The translations under genes and the position numbers were made by a program. The notes under the pieces were generated by a model, which was given only the letters and a program-made list of their open reading frames with translations, searched no databases and was not told the DNA's origin. A stretch of DNA of 64,000 nt, from NCBI GenBank assembly GCA_965209055.1, contig OZ242374.1, forward strand, positions 3,232,001-3,296,000, given 5' to 3'. Source of the DNA: Acidobacteriota bacterium (lineage in GTDB: Bacteria > Acidobacteriota > UBA6911 > RPQK01 > JAJDTT01). This document shows, piece after piece, positions 27,091 through 38,659 of this stretch (its first letter is position 1; every line of letters starts with the position of its first letter).

Positions 27091-28971
27091 CTATTCCGGC
27101 ACGGTCAGGACCAGCGCCGACGCCCGGCCGGGGGAATGATAAACGGTGTTCACGGCCGTTTTCATGTGAGTGTGGCGGCCCAGGAACTCTCCCGTGTTGG
27201 GGTTGACGTCATAGAAGGGAAAGTTGCTGCTGGAGATGTCCAGACGGACCCGGTGCCCCTTGTGGAACCGGTTGGCCGTGTCCCAGAGGTCGACTTCCAC
27301 CCGGTAGACGGTGCCCGGCTCCATGAGTTCCTCCCGTTCCCGGGATTTGCGGAATCGCATCCTGAGGATGCCGTCCTCCAGGTTCATGGCGTACCCCTCC
27401 GGGTAGTCGCGAGAGGGCGGATAGACGTCCATGAGCTTGGCGGTGAAGTCGGTGTCCTTGGCCGTGGAGGAGACCCAGAGCTCCACCCGCATGGGACCGG
27501 CGATCTCCAGGTCCTCTTCCAGGGGCGGCGTCTGAAAGGAGAGCACGTCGGAACGGGAAGAGAGGGGCAGCAGGTCGGTGGCCGGGAAGTCCCCCTCCAG
27601 CGGGACCTGGTTGTGGGCGCCGCGGCGCACCAGGCGCTTGCCCGAGTCGATGTTACCGCCGATGGTGGGCACGGGGTTCCTGGGGTCGTATTCGAAGCCG
27701 CTCCGGCCCGTTTCTCGAGGCGGCTCGCGGCGGAGGCTGCCGTCGACGTGCAGGTACAGGCGCAGTTGCCGGGATTCCGCGGGGGGCCAGGTCTCGGAAG
27801 TCTTCCAGGCGCCGCCGCTCTGGAGCCTTCCTTTTTCGTTTCGCTTCGCCGTTTCGGCGCCCATGACGAAGTATCGGACGCGGGGCTTCTTGTCCAGGCC
27901 CAGGTCCTTTCCCTTGAGAAACTGGTCGAACCACCTCAACGCCTTCTTCCGGAGCGTCATCTTCGCCTCCGGGCCGAAGTCCACGTCCCCGGCATAGGTC
28001 TGCTGCGTGGAGTGGGTCCAGGGCCCCACCAGGAGCCGGACGTAGCCCTGCCGTCCGGTCACGCCCTGGAAGTTCTTCACGGTCCCGCGCTTGAAGATGT
28101 CGTACCAGCCGCCGATGTAGAAGATGGGGATGTCCGGGTACTGGGAATAACGCTCCTCGAAGTTGTAGCCGTTCTGCTTCCAGTAGTCGTCGTAGGTGGG
28201 ATGCGCTCGCCAGTCGGCGTACCACTTGGCGTAGGAGGGGGTCCAGGACAACGGGGAGGTGGACTTGAGGGGCGCCGCCATGAGCCAGCTTCGCAATTGC
28301 TCGTTGGCCCGGGTCATGGCCTCCAGCGTGGGCGTGTCTTCTTCCTGGTCCGGATCGGCGGGTTTGGTCTCCTTGCCCGTCTGAGCCAGGCGAAACCCGT
28401 AGACCATGTTGTGCAGCAGGGCGAAGGCCCCGCCGCGGCCCGCTCCGTCCTCGATGTAGTTGGAGGTGCCCACGTAGGCGAACATGGTCCTCAGATGGGG
28501 CGGCCTCAGGGCCGCCAGGGCGTTCTGGCAGGCGGCCGAATAGGATCCGCCGTAGGTCCCCACGTTGCCGTTGGACCAGGGTTGGGAGGCGATCCACTCC
28601 ACGGCGTCGTACCCGTCCTCCCCCTCGTTGACGTAGATGTAAAATTCCCCCTCCGAGTCGTGCCGGCCCCGCGTGTCCTGGATCGCCGCCGCGTAGCCGT
28701 GGGTGGTGAAGAACTCGGCGGTCGCGGCCGACCTGTGCTTCCCGTAGGGGTGCCGGACGAGGATGACGGGGAAGGGACCGGGAGGGGTGGTCTCGCCGTT
28801 GGGCAGGTAGACGTCGGTGGCCAGTCGGACGCCGTCGCGCATCGGCACCATGACGTTCTTCCAGATCCGGACCTGGATCGGGCCCTTGGGGGATTCGGCG
28901 TAGGAGAGGGGAGCCAATCCCAAGACTACGGCAGCCGAAGCGATCAACACACAGATTCTTCGAGGGGGCAT
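27091..28971 (-). CDS. CocE/NonD family serine hydrolase
   Basis: VPMRDGVRLATDVYLP, QDTRGRHDSEG, GGSYSA, GGWYD, GPWTH, LDISSSNFP. Confidence 0.93.
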   Translation of the reverse strand: MPPRRICVLIASAAVVLGLAPLSYAESPKGPIQVRIWKNVMVPMRDGVRLATDVYLPNGETTPPGPFPVILVRHPYGKHRSAATAEFFTTHGYAAAIQDTRGRHDSEGEFYIYVNEGEDGYDAVEWIASQPWSNGNVGTYGGSYSAACQNALAALRPPHLRTMFAYVGTSNYIEDGAGRGGAFALLHNMVYGFRLAQTGKETKPADPDQEEDTPTLEAMTRANEQLRSWLMAAPLKSTSPLSWTPSYAKWYADWRAHPTYDDYWKQNGYNFEERYSQYPDIPIFYIGGWYDIFKRGTVKNFQGVTGRQGYVRLLVGPWTHSTQQTYAGDVDFGPEAKMTLRKKALRWFDQFLKGKDLGLDKKPRVRYFVMGAETAKRNEKGRLQSGGAWKTSETWPPAESRQLRLYLHVDGSLRREPPRETGRSGFEYDPRNPVPTIGGNIDSGKRLVRRGAHNQVPLEGDFPATDLLPLSSRSDVLSFQTPPLEEDLEIAGPMRVELWVSSTAKDTDFTAKLMDVYPPSRDYPEGYAMNLEDGILRMRFRKSREREELMEPGTVYRVEVDLWDTANRFHKGHRVRLDISSSNFPFYDVNPNTGEFLGRHTHMKTAVNTVYHSPGRASALVLTVPE

Positions 28972-29190
28972 GGCAAATCCTCCAGTCGGTAATCCACAGC
29001 CAATCTACAGGAACCTCACAGGCTATCCACACCCGTCACGGACTCCGTGAATGCCGCGAGCCAGTTTAGTCCCGGCCGCCGGCATCTTCCACACGGTTCC
29101 GCCGCAGATCCGCCACGAGCCGTTTTGACCGGCCATGGCCTCCGTTCTATATTGTGAGCCCACTTGAAATTCCTGTAGGGAGCAAAACGA

Positions 29191-30234
29191 ATGACGAATC
29201 AATCGCATCGGGCAGTGATCATGGGTCTGGGCTACATCGGCGGCGCGGACCAGGTTTCGGGAGACGCCTTGGGACAGTTGGTGGTGGATCTGGACGGCAC
29301 CCACATCGACGCCCTGGCCAACCATCCCCGCGTCGACGTGGTGGCCGGGAGCAGCCGCGACCTGGGCCGGCGGCAGCGGTTCACCGAACGGACCGGGATC
29401 GGGACCTACGCCGACTGGCGGGAGATGCTGGAGCAGGAAAAGCCCGACATCGTAGGTGTGGCGACCTATACCCCGGTCCACAAGGAGATGACGGTGGCCT
29501 GCGCCCGCCAGGGTGTGCGGGCCATCCTTTGCGAGAAACCGATTGCCAACACCGCGGCCGACGGGCACGACATGGTGGACGCCTGCGAGGCAGCCGGGTC
29601 ATTGCTGGCCATCAACCACAACCGCCGGTACAACCCCAATTACCGGAGGCTGAGGGACCACATCGCCGCCGGGGGTCTGGGCAAGCTGACCTCGGTGACG
29701 GCCCAGTGGAGCAGCGGACGCCTGGGCAACGTGGGGACACATGTCTTCGACGCCATCCGATGCGTCACCGGCCGCCGGGTGGAAGCGGTCTCGGGGACCC
29801 TGGATCTGGCCGGCAAGCCCGACTGCCGGGGACCCGCGTTTCAGGACCCGGGAGGCTGGGGAGTGATGCGGTTGGAAGGGGGACTCATGACCACGGTGGA
29901 CGCCGCCGACTACGCCTGCGTCCCCATGGTGATCGGCTTCAACGGCACCGAGGGACGGGCCACCACCGGAGGCGAGGAGGTGCGGATCGAGTACTGGGAC
30001 GGCCGGAGCGAGGAGTGGCCCAGTCCCCGGGCTCAGGCCACCTCCATGGACGTGGCGGTCGTCGAGATCGTGGACTGGTTGGAGGGGACGGCGCCGTTTC
30101 CCTATCCGGCCGTGGAGGCCGTCGAGACCCTGGAAGCCATCGCCGGGTTCCACCTCTCCCACGCCCGCTCCGGAGCCTGGGTGGAACTGCCGCTCAAGGG
30201 CGAGGACCGGAATCACGTCGTGAATAGCGGGTAG
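29191..30234 (+). CDS. Gfo/Idh/MocA oxidoreductase
   Basis: GLGYIG, CEKPIA, NHNRRY, GTHVFD. Confidence 0.9.
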   Translation: MTNQSHRAVIMGLGYIGGADQVSGDALGQLVVDLDGTHIDALANHPRVDVVAGSSRDLGRRQRFTERTGIGTYADWREMLEQEKPDIVGVATYTPVHKEMTVACARQGVRAILCEKPIANTAADGHDMVDACEAAGSLLAINHNRRYNPNYRRLRDHIAAGGLGKLTSVTAQWSSGRLGNVGTHVFDAIRCVTGRRVEAVSGTLDLAGKPDCRGPAFQDPGGWGVMRLEGGLMTTVDAADYACVPMVIGFNGTEGRATTGGEEVRIEYWDGRSEEWPSPRAQATSMDVAVVEIVDWLEGTAPFPYPAVEAVETLEAIAGFHLSHARSGAWVELPLKGEDRNHVVNSG

Positions 30235-30243
30235 GAGGCGATT

Positions 30244-30430
30244 GGAGGGGCGACTTTCCTGTCGCCCATTCTTCCATGTTGCCTTGTGACTCCGCAGGCG
30301 GAAAGTGTAGAGGGGGACTCCGTCCCCCTCCCCCCCTTCTTGGCGACAGGAAAGTCGCCGGTCCCATCGGCGGTAAGAAAACCGCCGCTCCACCGGCGAC
30401 AGGAAAGTCGCTCCCGGCTCCCGGCTCCTA
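30244..30430. repeat. Cluster of several REP-like hairpins between convergent genes
   Basis: GGAGGGGCGACTTTCCTGTCGCCC, GAGGGGGACTCCGTCCCCCTC, GGCGACAGGAAAGTCGCC (twice), CGGCGGTAAGAAAACCGCCGCTCC. Confidence 0.75.
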
Positions 30431-31759
30431 TTCGGCCTGGGCCCGGGCGATGGCCCGGCCGGTGGCTTCGATGAGGCCGTCGATGTCCTCATCGGTCATG
30501 GGCAGAGAGAGGCAGCACATGCCCAGCGTGTGACCCAGGAAGTAGCCCTCTTCCAGCAGGGCCAGGAAGGTGGGAGAGACCAGCGAGCCGTCGACGGTCG
30601 TCATGTCCCGGTAGTTTCGCAATTCGCGATCGCTGAAGTAGATGCTGAAGACGGACCCGGTGTTGACGCACTGGGCGACGATCCCCTTCCGGGCGAACAT
30701 CTCGTTGAGGCCGGAGGTGAGCCGGTCCCCCAGCCGGTTCAGGTGGTCGCACGCCTGGGGCGTCAGTTCCCGGAGCATGGCCAGGCCGGCCGCCATGGCC
30801 AGGGGATGGGCGCTGAAGGTCCCGCTCTGGGAGAAGCCCGACGGCGGCTTGCTGTTGTCCAGGAGATCCATCATGTCGGCCCGGCCTCCGAACGCACCCA
30901 CGGGAAAGCCGCCGCCCACGATCTTTCCGAAGCAGGTCAGGTCCGGGTCGATGCCGTAAACCGCCTGCAGTCCCCCTGGTGACGAGCGGAAGGCGACGAT
31001 CTCGTCGAAGATGAGCAGGACGCCGTTCTCCCGGGTGATTCGCCGGACCGCCCGGGCGAACTCGGGCCGGGTGTGCAGGATTCCGCACCTGGGATCGAAG
31101 ATCACGCAGGCCAGATCGTCCCGATTCTCCACGATGAGCCGTTCCGCCGCTTCCTCGTCGTTGTAGGGCAGGATCAGGACTTCGTCAGCCACGCTGGGGG
31201 AACTGCCGCCCGCTCCGGGGACCGAGTGGGGCGCATGGGCCGGGCCCGCCTTGTCGAGAGGCGGCGCCACGCTGACTTCCACCAGATCGTGACTGCCGTG
31301 ATAGCCCCCTTCCAACTTGGCGATCTTGGTCTTCCCGGAAAATCCGCGAGCCAGCCGGATCGCGTGCAGCGTGGCTTCGGTTCCCGAGTTGACGAAGCGG
31401 ATCCGGTCCACGGAGTCGACCCGGCGGCACATCTCCTCGGCGATCTCGGCTTCCGGCCCCATGGGAGCGCCCACGGCCAGGCCTCTGGACATCTGGGTCC
31501 GGACGGCCTCCATCACCCGCGGGTGGTTGTGACCCAGCACCTGTGCCGTGTGGTGATTGGCGCAGTCCAGGTACTTGTTCCCGTCCACGTCCCAGAGATG
31601 GCAGCCTTCTCCCCGATCCATGGACAGGGGATAGGGACGGTAGTAGTAAGCCCCTTTGGCCGGACCCGCCGTGAACGAGGTTCCCGCCTCGTACATCTCC
31701 CGCGACCGGGTTGTCCGGGCACGAAAACTCTCCGCAATCGAGGCAACGCTCTGAGTCAT
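30428..31759 (-). CDS. Class III PLP aminotransferase (glutamate-1-semialdehyde aminomutase-like)
   Basis: WDVDGNKYLD, FVNSGTEAT, GGYHG, LIFDEI, FGKIVGGGFPVGAFGG. Confidence 0.9.
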   Translation of the reverse strand: MTQSVASIAESFRARTTRSREMYEAGTSFTAGPAKGAYYYRPYPLSMDRGEGCHLWDVDGNKYLDCANHHTAQVLGHNHPRVMEAVRTQMSRGLAVGAPMGPEAEIAEEMCRRVDSVDRIRFVNSGTEATLHAIRLARGFSGKTKIAKLEGGYHGSHDLVEVSVAPPLDKAGPAHAPHSVPGAGGSSPSVADEVLILPYNDEEAAERLIVENRDDLACVIFDPRCGILHTRPEFARAVRRITRENGVLLIFDEIVAFRSSPGGLQAVYGIDPDLTCFGKIVGGGFPVGAFGGRADMMDLLDNSKPPSGFSQSGTFSAHPLAMAAGLAMLRELTPQACDHLNRLGDRLTSGLNEMFARKGIVAQCVNTGSVFSIYFSDRELRNYRDMTTVDGSLVSPTFLALLEEGYFLGHTLGMCCLSLPMTDEDIDGLIEATGRAIARAQAE

Positions 31760-31852
31760 GAATCTCTCCTCACCCAATTTTTCAAAAAATCCGGAATCAC
31801 AAATCCGCGAAAGGATAACCCGGTCCCAAGGGAGATGTCGAACGCAGCGGCG

Positions 31853-33148
31853 TCAGTCTCTTCCCGAGTCCCGGCAGCCCTTCTCTTCGTCCACGTACCG
31901 GAGCATCCAGAGGCCGGCGGCGAAAAAGAGGAGCATGGTCGACATGCCCACCCTCTGGGAGTTGAACTGGCTGGTCAACACGCCCACCAGCAGGGGGCCC
32001 AGAAAGGCGGTGGCCTTGCCCGAAAAGGCGAAGAGGCCGAAGAACTCGTTCTCCTTGTCCCGCGGAACGAACCGGCCCAGGAGCGAGCGGCTGGCGGACT
32101 GGTTGGGACCGGAGCAGATGCCGACCAGGATGCAGGCGGCCCAGAACATGGTGCGGCTGGTGGTCAGGATGGCGACGATGGCCGCGATGATGAGCCCCCA
32201 GAGGCTGATCTGGATGGTCCGCTTCCCGCCGACCCGGTCGTCCAGGTGGCCCAGGAAGAACGCGCCGACGCCGGCCGCCACGTTCAGGGCGAGCCCGAAG
32301 ATCATCAGTTCCGAGAAGGTGAAGCCGAAGGTCCCGGTGGCGTAGATGCCGCCGAAGGCGAAGATGGTGACCAGGCCGTCGTTGTAGAGCAGCCGGGCCA
32401 GGAGGAGCTTGGAGATCTCCCGGTAGCGGCGCACGTCGCGGAAGGTGACCGCCAGGTGGCGGAAAGAAGACAGCAACATCCGCGACGACAGCGGCGCTCG
32501 GGGCTGGGTCTCCCGCACCCAGAGGATCAGGGGAAGCGTAAAGATGACGTACCAGGCGGCGACCAGAAGGTTGGTGGCTCGGATATTGGCTCCGGCCTCC
32601 CGGCTGAATCCGAACCAGGGAACCTCTGCATCCACGAACCCCACGAAGGCCACGGCCATGGCGGCCAGTCCGCCGACGTAACCCAGGGACCACCCGTAGC
32701 CGGAGATGCGTCCGATGCGATCCCGGGAAGCGATATCCGGCAGGAGAGCGTTGTAGAAGACCAGGGACATCTCGAAGGCGATGTTGGCCAGCGTGAACCA
32801 GAGCAGGGCCTCGAAGACCTGGCCCGGAACGGGCAGGTAGAGGAGGGCCGTGAAGAGGACGCAGGCGGCAGTCCACAGCAGCAGGAAGAGCTTGCGGTAG
32901 CCGCCCCGGTCGGCGACGACGCCCAGAACCGGCGACAGCAGAGCGACGGCCAGGGCGGTGACGGTGACGGCCCGCGACCAGGACAACGTCCCCGAGATGG
33001 TGTCGGGAGCGATGGCCTGAGTGAAGTAGGACGCGTAGATGAAGGTCACCACCAGCGTGGTGAAGGGGGAATTGGCGAAGTCGTAAAAGCACCAGGAAGC
33101 GACGGCCCGGCGAGACGCGGGCAAATTGCCTGAACCTGGATTCAACAT
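31853..33148 (-). CDS. MFS transporter (UMF1/Atg22-like)
   Basis: SWCFYDFANS, VFYNALLP, GRISGYGWSLGY, QSASRSLL, EFFGLFAFSGK. Confidence 0.9.
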   Translation of the reverse strand: MLNPGSGNLPASRRAVASWCFYDFANSPFTTLVVTFIYASYFTQAIAPDTISGTLSWSRAVTVTALAVALLSPVLGVVADRGGYRKLFLLLWTAACVLFTALLYLPVPGQVFEALLWFTLANIAFEMSLVFYNALLPDIASRDRIGRISGYGWSLGYVGGLAAMAVAFVGFVDAEVPWFGFSREAGANIRATNLLVAAWYVIFTLPLILWVRETQPRAPLSSRMLLSSFRHLAVTFRDVRRYREISKLLLARLLYNDGLVTIFAFGGIYATGTFGFTFSELMIFGLALNVAAGVGAFFLGHLDDRVGGKRTIQISLWGLIIAAIVAILTTSRTMFWAACILVGICSGPNQSASRSLLGRFVPRDKENEFFGLFAFSGKATAFLGPLLVGVLTSQFNSQRVGMSTMLLFFAAGLWMLRYVDEEKGCRDSGRD

Positions 33149-33174
33149 CTGCCGCTATCCTACTTGAGAATCGA

Positions 33175-33290
33175 TAGGAGCGGGGGTTTTTAACCCCCGA
33201 TTCCGGGGGGTTTAGGGGGGCGGAGTCCTCCTTTACGCTTTCCTCCAGTGACGCCGAAGAATGGGGGGGACGAACAGTCCCCCCTCCAAT
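33175..33290. repeat. REP-like hairpins in a divergent intergenic region
   Basis: TAGGAGCGGGGGTTTTTAACCCCCG and GGGGGGGACGAACAGTCCCCCCTCC. Confidence 0.7.
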
Positions 33291-33383
33291 CGTTGCCTGA
33301 ATTACCCGCTCTTGGCTAAGATGGCTCCCAGCCGTCGGGCAACGGTCATTACGGCATCCGACCGGGGATGGTCGCGGGGAATC

Positions 33384-36300
33384 ATGCCAAAACTTCGGTC
33401 CGGGACATGTTTCTTGGCTTGGTGTCTGACAGTTGTCCTCCCTGCAATGGCGGCCGCGGCGACCGCCCCCGCCGACATCGACTTCAGCCGGGACATCCGG
33501 CCCATCCTCTCCGAGAAATGCTTCTCCTGCCACGGACCCGACGCCGGCCAGCGCCAAGCCTCGTTGCGCCTGGACACCGCTGACGGCATCGCCGCCGAGC
33601 GGAACGGGAATGGCTCCGTTGTGGTTCCCGGAAGCGCCCGCCAGAGTCTCCTCTATCAAAGGATCGCCAGCCCCGATCCCGCTTCCCGTATGCCCCCGGG
33701 CTATCTGGGCCATGAGCCCTTGAGCGACCTCCAGATCCGCCAGGTCGAGAGCTGGATCGACCAAGGCGCGTCCTGGCAGCCGCACTGGGCCTTCCTCCCG
33801 GTCCGCAAGCCGGATCTGCCGGCAGTCCAAGAGCGCGGCTGGCTCCGCAACGGACTGGACGCATTCGTCCTGCAACGTCTCGAGGAGAACGATCTTGCAC
33901 CCTCGCCCGAGGCCGCACCGGAGACGCTGGTCCGCCGCGTGACTCTGGATCTGACGGGTCTGCCTCCCACGCCCCGGGATCTGGACCATTTCCTGCGGGA
34001 CCCGTCGCCGGACGCCTACGAGAAGCTGGTGGACCGGTTGCTCGGCTCCACCCGGTACGGAGAGCACATGGCGGTCCGCTGGCTGGAAGCGGCCCGCTAC
34101 GCCGACACCAACGGCTACCAGAGCGACGGCATCCGCCACATGTGGCGCTGGCGCGACTGGGTCATCGACGCCTTCAACCGGAACCTCGGTTTCCATCAGT
34201 TCACCATCGAGCAATTGGCCGGAGATCTGCTGGAGGGAGCGACCCAGGATCAGATCGTCGCCACCGGATTCAACCGGAACCACCGGACCAGCGCCGAGGG
34301 GGGCTCCATCGACGAGGAGCTGCGGGTCGAATACGTGGCCGACCGGGTGGAGACCACCTCCACGGTCTGGATGGGACTGACGGTGGGGTGCGCCCGCTGT
34401 CACGACCACAAGTACGACCCCATCAGCCAGCAGGAGTACTACCGGTTCTTCTCCTTCTTCAACAACGTCCCCGAGCGGGGCTTCGTCTACAACTACGGCA
34501 ACGAGGATCCGGTGATCAAGGCGCCGACGCCGTCGCAGGAGGCCCGCCTCATGGAGCTGGACGCCGAGGTCCGGGAGGCCCGGCTCCGCCTTGATGAGCT
34601 GGACGGCCAACGAAGAAAGGCGCAGCGCGACTGGGAAACGGAGCTTGCCGATACGGGGCGGGTCCGGGACTGGACACTGGATCGAGGCCTGTTGGCGCAT
34701 TTCCCCCTGGACGGCGACTGGTCCGAGACCACGGGGAATCTGAAGCGGGTGTGGAAGGAGGAAGCCGAGAAGAAGGAGAAAGAGAAGGAGCAGGCGCAAG
34801 AGGAGCCGGCCGAGGCGGAAGCTCCCCCGCCCGAACCGCCCTTCGTGGACGGCGGTCCGGAGCCGGGACTGGAATTCGTGCCGGGTCGGAAGGGCCAGGC
34901 GGGGCGCTTCGACGGCCGTTTCGTCAACGGCGGTCCCGTCGCCAGCTTCGACTACATGGAACCGTTCACCCTCTCGGCCTGGTTTTATCCCCGGTCCGGC
35001 GAGGGGGCCATCGTCTCCAGCGTCGTGGACCGGTTCCGGGGACGCGGTTACGGCCTGTACCTGCGGGAAGGGAAGCTGCGATTCAACTTCACCTACCGCT
35101 GGTCGGACCTGGGCGCGCGTCTGGAGACGGAGCAGGTGCTGGATCTGAACCGCTGGCACCACGTGGTCTTGAGCTATGACGGCAAGCGCAACGCCAGCGG
35201 GTTCCGGCTCCACCTGAACGGCGTCCTTCAGAAGCCGGTGGTGTTGTTCGACTACCTGCTCAACCCCATGGGCCCGAAACGGGACTTCCGGATCGGGGCC
35301 GGCGAGGGTCCCGACGACCGTTTCGACGGGTTCATCGACGAGGTCCGGGTCTACGGCCGGGCGCTCTCGGACCGGGAGGCGAAGGTGATCGGGCTCCTGG
35401 ATCCGGTCTCGGAGATCGCGGCAATCGCCCCTTCGGATCGCAGTCGTGTCCAGCAGGCCAAGTTGGACCTCTGTTTCCTGGAGGGCGGCCACGCACCGGA
35501 GGCCGTTCTGCAGGCGGTCCAGGAATTGCGGCAGGCCCGGCAGCAGCGCCAGGACCACTACGACTCCCTTCCCACCGTCATGGTCATGAAGGAGCGGATC
35601 CGCAGGCGGCAGTCCTACGTGCTGGACCGGGGCGCGTACGACGCCCGCACCGATCCCGTGGAGCCGGGGGTCCCAGCGGCCATGGATACGAAACCGGGAG
35701 CGTCCGTCGCGGACCGCCTGGAGCTGGCGCGGTGGCTCGTGGACCGGTCCAACCCCCTGACGGCCCGGGTGACGGTGAACCGGCTCTGGCAGAAGCTGTT
35801 CGGCGCCGGCCTGGTGCGGACTCCCGAGGATTTCGGTTCCCAGGGCGACCAGCCCACCCATCCCCGATTGCTGGACTGGCTGGCCGCGGAGTTCATGGAG
35901 AGTGGCTGGGACGTCAAGGCCCTCCTCAGGACCGTCGTGACCAGCGCCACCTACCGCCAGTCCTCACGTCAGTCGCCGGAGCTGTCCCGGAGGGACCCGG
36001 AGAACCGGCTGCTGGCCCGGGCGCCCCGGCTTCGCCTGCCTGCCCAGGTGATCCGCGACCAGGCTCTGGCCGTTTCCGGCCTGCTTGCCGAGAAGCTGGG
36101 CGGACCTTCGGTCAAGCCCTACCAGCCCCCGGGACTGTGGCAGGAGCTGACCTTCAAAAAGGGGGGCTACGAAGCGGACCAGGGTGAGGGCCTCTATCGC
36201 AGGAGCCTCTATACCTTCTGGAGGCGGACCATCGCGCCGCCGGCCATGGTGACGTTCGACGCCTCCACCCGCGAAGCCTGCGTCGTGCGCAACGACCGGA

Positions 36301-36653
36301 CCAACACGCCGCTGCAGGCCCTGAACCTGATGAACGACGAGACCTACCTGGAGGCCTCCCGCCGGTTGGCGGAGCGCATGCTGGAGGAAGGCGGCTCAAC
36401 GCCCCTGGCGCGTGTCGCCTACGGTTTCCGCCTGGTCACCGCCCGTTGGCCCCGGCCGTCGGAGCAGACCGCACTTTTCGAGGCCCTGGAGCGGTTCGAA
36501 GAAGACTTCAAGTCCCGGCCCCAAGAGGCGTTGGACTATCTCTCGGCAGGCGCGTCGGCCCCGAATGAGAATCTGGACGCGCAAGAATTGGCTTCCTATG
36601 CCGGCCTCGCCAGCGTTATCCTGAATCTGGACGAGGCCATTACCAAGGAGTGA
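33384..36653 (+). CDS. Planctomycete cytochrome c / DUF1549 / LamG / DUF1553 protein
   Basis: [53 protein letters not shown], LamG-like [44 protein letters not shown]. Confidence 0.93.
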   Translation: MPKLRSGTCFLAWCLTVVLPAMAAAATAPADIDFSRDIRPILSEKCFSCHGPDAGQRQASLRLDTADGIAAERNGNGSVVVPGSARQSLLYQRIASPDPASRMPPGYLGHEPLSDLQIRQVESWIDQGASWQPHWAFLPVRKPDLPAVQERGWLRNGLDAFVLQRLEENDLAPSPEAAPETLVRRVTLDLTGLPPTPRDLDHFLRDPSPDAYEKLVDRLLGSTRYGEHMAVRWLEAARYADTNGYQSDGIRHMWRWRDWVIDAFNRNLGFHQFTIEQLAGDLLEGATQDQIVATGFNRNHRTSAEGGSIDEELRVEYVADRVETTSTVWMGLTVGCARCHDHKYDPISQQEYYRFFSFFNNVPERGFVYNYGNEDPVIKAPTPSQEARLMELDAEVREARLRLDELDGQRRKAQRDWETELADTGRVRDWTLDRGLLAHFPLDGDWSETTGNLKRVWKEEAEKKEKEKEQAQEEPAEAEAPPPEPPFVDGGPEPGLEFVPGRKGQAGRFDGRFVNGGPVASFDYMEPFTLSAWFYPRSGEGAIVSSVVDRFRGRGYGLYLREGKLRFNFTYRWSDLGARLETEQVLDLNRWHHVVLSYDGKRNASGFRLHLNGVLQKPVVLFDYLLNPMGPKRDFRIGAGEGPDDRFDGFIDEVRVYGRALSDREAKVIGLLDPVSEIAAIAPSDRSRVQQAKLDLCFLEGGHAPEAVLQAVQELRQARQQRQDHYDSLPTVMVMKERIRRRQSYVLDRGAYDARTDPVEPGVPAAMDTKPGASVADRLELARWLVDRSNPLTARVTVNRLWQKLFGAGLVRTPEDFGSQGDQPTHPRLLDWLAAEFMESGWDVKALLRTVVTSATYRQSSRQSPELSRRDPENRLLARAPRLRLPAQVIRDQALAVSGLLAEKLGGPSVKPYQPPGLWQELTFKKGGYEADQGEGLYRRSLYTFWRRTIAPPAMVTFDASTREACVVRNDRTNTPLQALNLMNDETYLEASRRLAERMLEEGGSTPLARVAYGFRLVTARWPRPSEQTALFEALERFEEDFKSRPQEALDYLSAGASAPNENLDAQELASYAGLASVILNLDEAITKE

Positions 36654-36654
36654 C

Positions 36655-38127
36655 GTGGACATGGATCCCTGGAACCGATATCGACTGATGCAGACCCGGC
36701 GCCACTTCTTCGGCGCCACGGCCGCCGGAATCGGGACCGCCGCCCTGGGCTCCCTGCTCCAGGAAGACCTTCAGGCGGGCCGCACCGCCGCGGACGGGAC
36801 CACCCCCGCCGTTTCCCCCAGAGTCCCGTCCCTGCCCCACTTCGCACCCACGGCCAAGCGGGTGATCTGGCTGTTCCAGTCGGGAGGGCCCTCCCAGATG
36901 GACCTGTTCGACTACAAGCCGGCCCTGGCCCGGCGCCGGGGCGAGGAGCTGCCCGAGTCCATCCGCCAGGGCCAGCGCCTCACCAGCATGACCTCCGAGC
37001 AGGGCAGTTTTCCCGTGGCGCCTTCCATCTACGAGTTCGCCCGACACGGCCAATCGGGCGCCTGGATCAGCGAGCTCCTGCCCCGGACCGCAGAGATCGC
37101 CGACGACCTCTGCTTCATCCGGTCCATGCATACGGAGGCCATCAATCACGATCCGGCCGTCACGTTTCTCCTGACCGGCGCCCAGATCGCCGGACGGCCC
37201 AGTCTGGGGGCGTGGCTGGCCTACGGCCTGGGGAACGAGAACAGCAACCTGCCGGCCTTCGTGGTCATGGTCACCCAAGGGACCGGCGGGCAGCCACTCT
37301 ACGACCGCCTCTGGGGCAGCGGCTTCCTGCCCAGCCGCTACCAGGGAGTCAAGTTCCGTTCCGTCGGGGACCCGGTCCTCTACCTCTCCGATCCCAAGGG
37401 CTTCGGACGGGAGAGCCGCCGGCATTTTCTGGATGCCCTGAACCGCTTGAACCGGATCAAGCTGGAGGAGTCGGGCGACCCCGAGATCTCGGCCCGGATC
37501 TCCCAGTACGAAATGGCCTTCCGCATGCAGACCTCCGTGCCCGAGCTCACCGACCTTTCGGCTGAGCCGGATCACATCTTCCGGCTCTATGGCGAGGACG
37601 CCCGGGAGCCGGGGACCTTCGCCTCCAACTGCCTGCTGGCCCGTCGCCTGGCCGAGCGGGGAGTGCGCTTCATCCAGGTCTTCCACCGGGGCTGGGATCA
37701 GCATGGCAAGCTGCCCACCGCCCTCCCCCGGCAGTGCAAGGCCACCGACCGGGCCTCGGCCGCGCTGGTGCAGGACCTGAAGCAACGGGGCATGCTGGAG
37801 GACACGCTGGTGGTCTGGGGAGGCGAGTTCGGTCGAACCGTCTACTGCCAGGGACCGCTGACCGAAACCGACTACGGCCGCGACCACCACCCCCGGTGCT
37901 TCACCATCTGGATGACCGGCGGCGGCGTCCGTCCGGGCGTCGTCCTGGGCGAGACCGACGAGTTCTCGTACAACATCACGAAGGACCCGGTCCACGTCCA
38001 CGACCTGCAGGCCACCCTCCTTCACTGCCTGGGCATCGACCACACCCGGCTGACCTACAAGTACCAGGGACGCCACTTCCGCCTCACCGACGTGCACGGC
38101 GAAGTGATCGACCGGGTCCTGGCCTGA
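36655..38127 (+). CDS. DUF1501 family protein (Tat-exported)
   Basis: [45 protein letters not shown]. Confidence 0.93.
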   Translation: MDMDPWNRYRLMQTRRHFFGATAAGIGTAALGSLLQEDLQAGRTAADGTTPAVSPRVPSLPHFAPTAKRVIWLFQSGGPSQMDLFDYKPALARRRGEELPESIRQGQRLTSMTSEQGSFPVAPSIYEFARHGQSGAWISELLPRTAEIADDLCFIRSMHTEAINHDPAVTFLLTGAQIAGRPSLGAWLAYGLGNENSNLPAFVVMVTQGTGGQPLYDRLWGSGFLPSRYQGVKFRSVGDPVLYLSDPKGFGRESRRHFLDALNRLNRIKLEESGDPEISARISQYEMAFRMQTSVPELTDLSAEPDHIFRLYGEDAREPGTFASNCLLARRLAERGVRFIQVFHRGWDQHGKLPTALPRQCKATDRASAALVQDLKQRGMLEDTLVVWGGEFGRTVYCQGPLTETDYGRDHHPRCFTIWMTGGGVRPGVVLGETDEFSYNITKDPVHVHDLQATLLHCLGIDHTRLTYKYQGRHFRLTDVHGEVIDRVLA

Positions 38128-38200
38128 CCCTATACGGCCGGTGTGGACATGCTGCTGAAGGCGACAACGCCTTGAATACTACGGAAGGGGAGCGGGTATC

Positions 38201-38659
38201 ATGCCGGGTGTTACAATCAAGGTAGCACCGCAAAATCATTCGATGGAGATGACATACATTTCAGCGCCCCCCAGGGTGTTCCTCAGTTTCTCCATGGAGC
38301 ACAAGCCGCTCGTCGATCTGTTTCGAGATCAGGCGCAAAACGGCCATTCAGGTGTGGTTTTTCGTGACTACTCCATCAAGGAACCCGTGGAAGGTGCGTG
38401 GAAAATTCATGCGGAGCGTCTCATTCGAGCGTCAAGTGCGACGATCTGTTTGATCGGCGAGAGCACCTGGCGTAGCGAGCCGGTGAACTGGGAGGTTCGA
38501 AGGAGTGCGGAACTTGGCAGACGGGTTTTGGCGGTCTACCTGCAGTCAAATGCCGCAAGGTCTCCGGCGGCGCTCGTGGAAATCGGTGTAACACCGATGC
38601 CTTGGGATATCAGGACGATAGTGGCGCAACTGTCCGATGAACAACGACAAGTCAGTTGA
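38201..38659 (+). CDS. TIR-domain protein (ThsB/MTH538/DUF1863-like)
   Basis: RVFLSFS...FRDYSIKEP...IRASSATICLIGESTWRSEPVNWEVRRSAELGRRVLAV, with the conserved WE glutamate; start could be 38243 or 38249. Confidence 0.85.
   Translation: MPGVTIKVAPQNHSMEMTYISAPPRVFLSFSMEHKPLVDLFRDQAQNGHSGVVFRDYSIKEPVEGAWKIHAERLIRASSATICLIGESTWRSEPVNWEVRRSAELGRRVLAVYLQSNAARSPAALVEIGVTPMPWDIRTIVAQLSDEQRQVS

Noticed and set aside
30428-31759. hemL assignment
   Set aside because: GSAM-like motifs are present, but the N-terminus is divergent and the context is not tetrapyrrole synthesis; kept at family level.
31797-35861. 1354-aa minus-strand ORF and similar long antisense ORFs (1400-3442, 27085-28992, 31073-33133, 47794-49668)
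   Set aside because: They overlap well-supported genes, have no recognisable motifs and are expected from high-GC codon bias.
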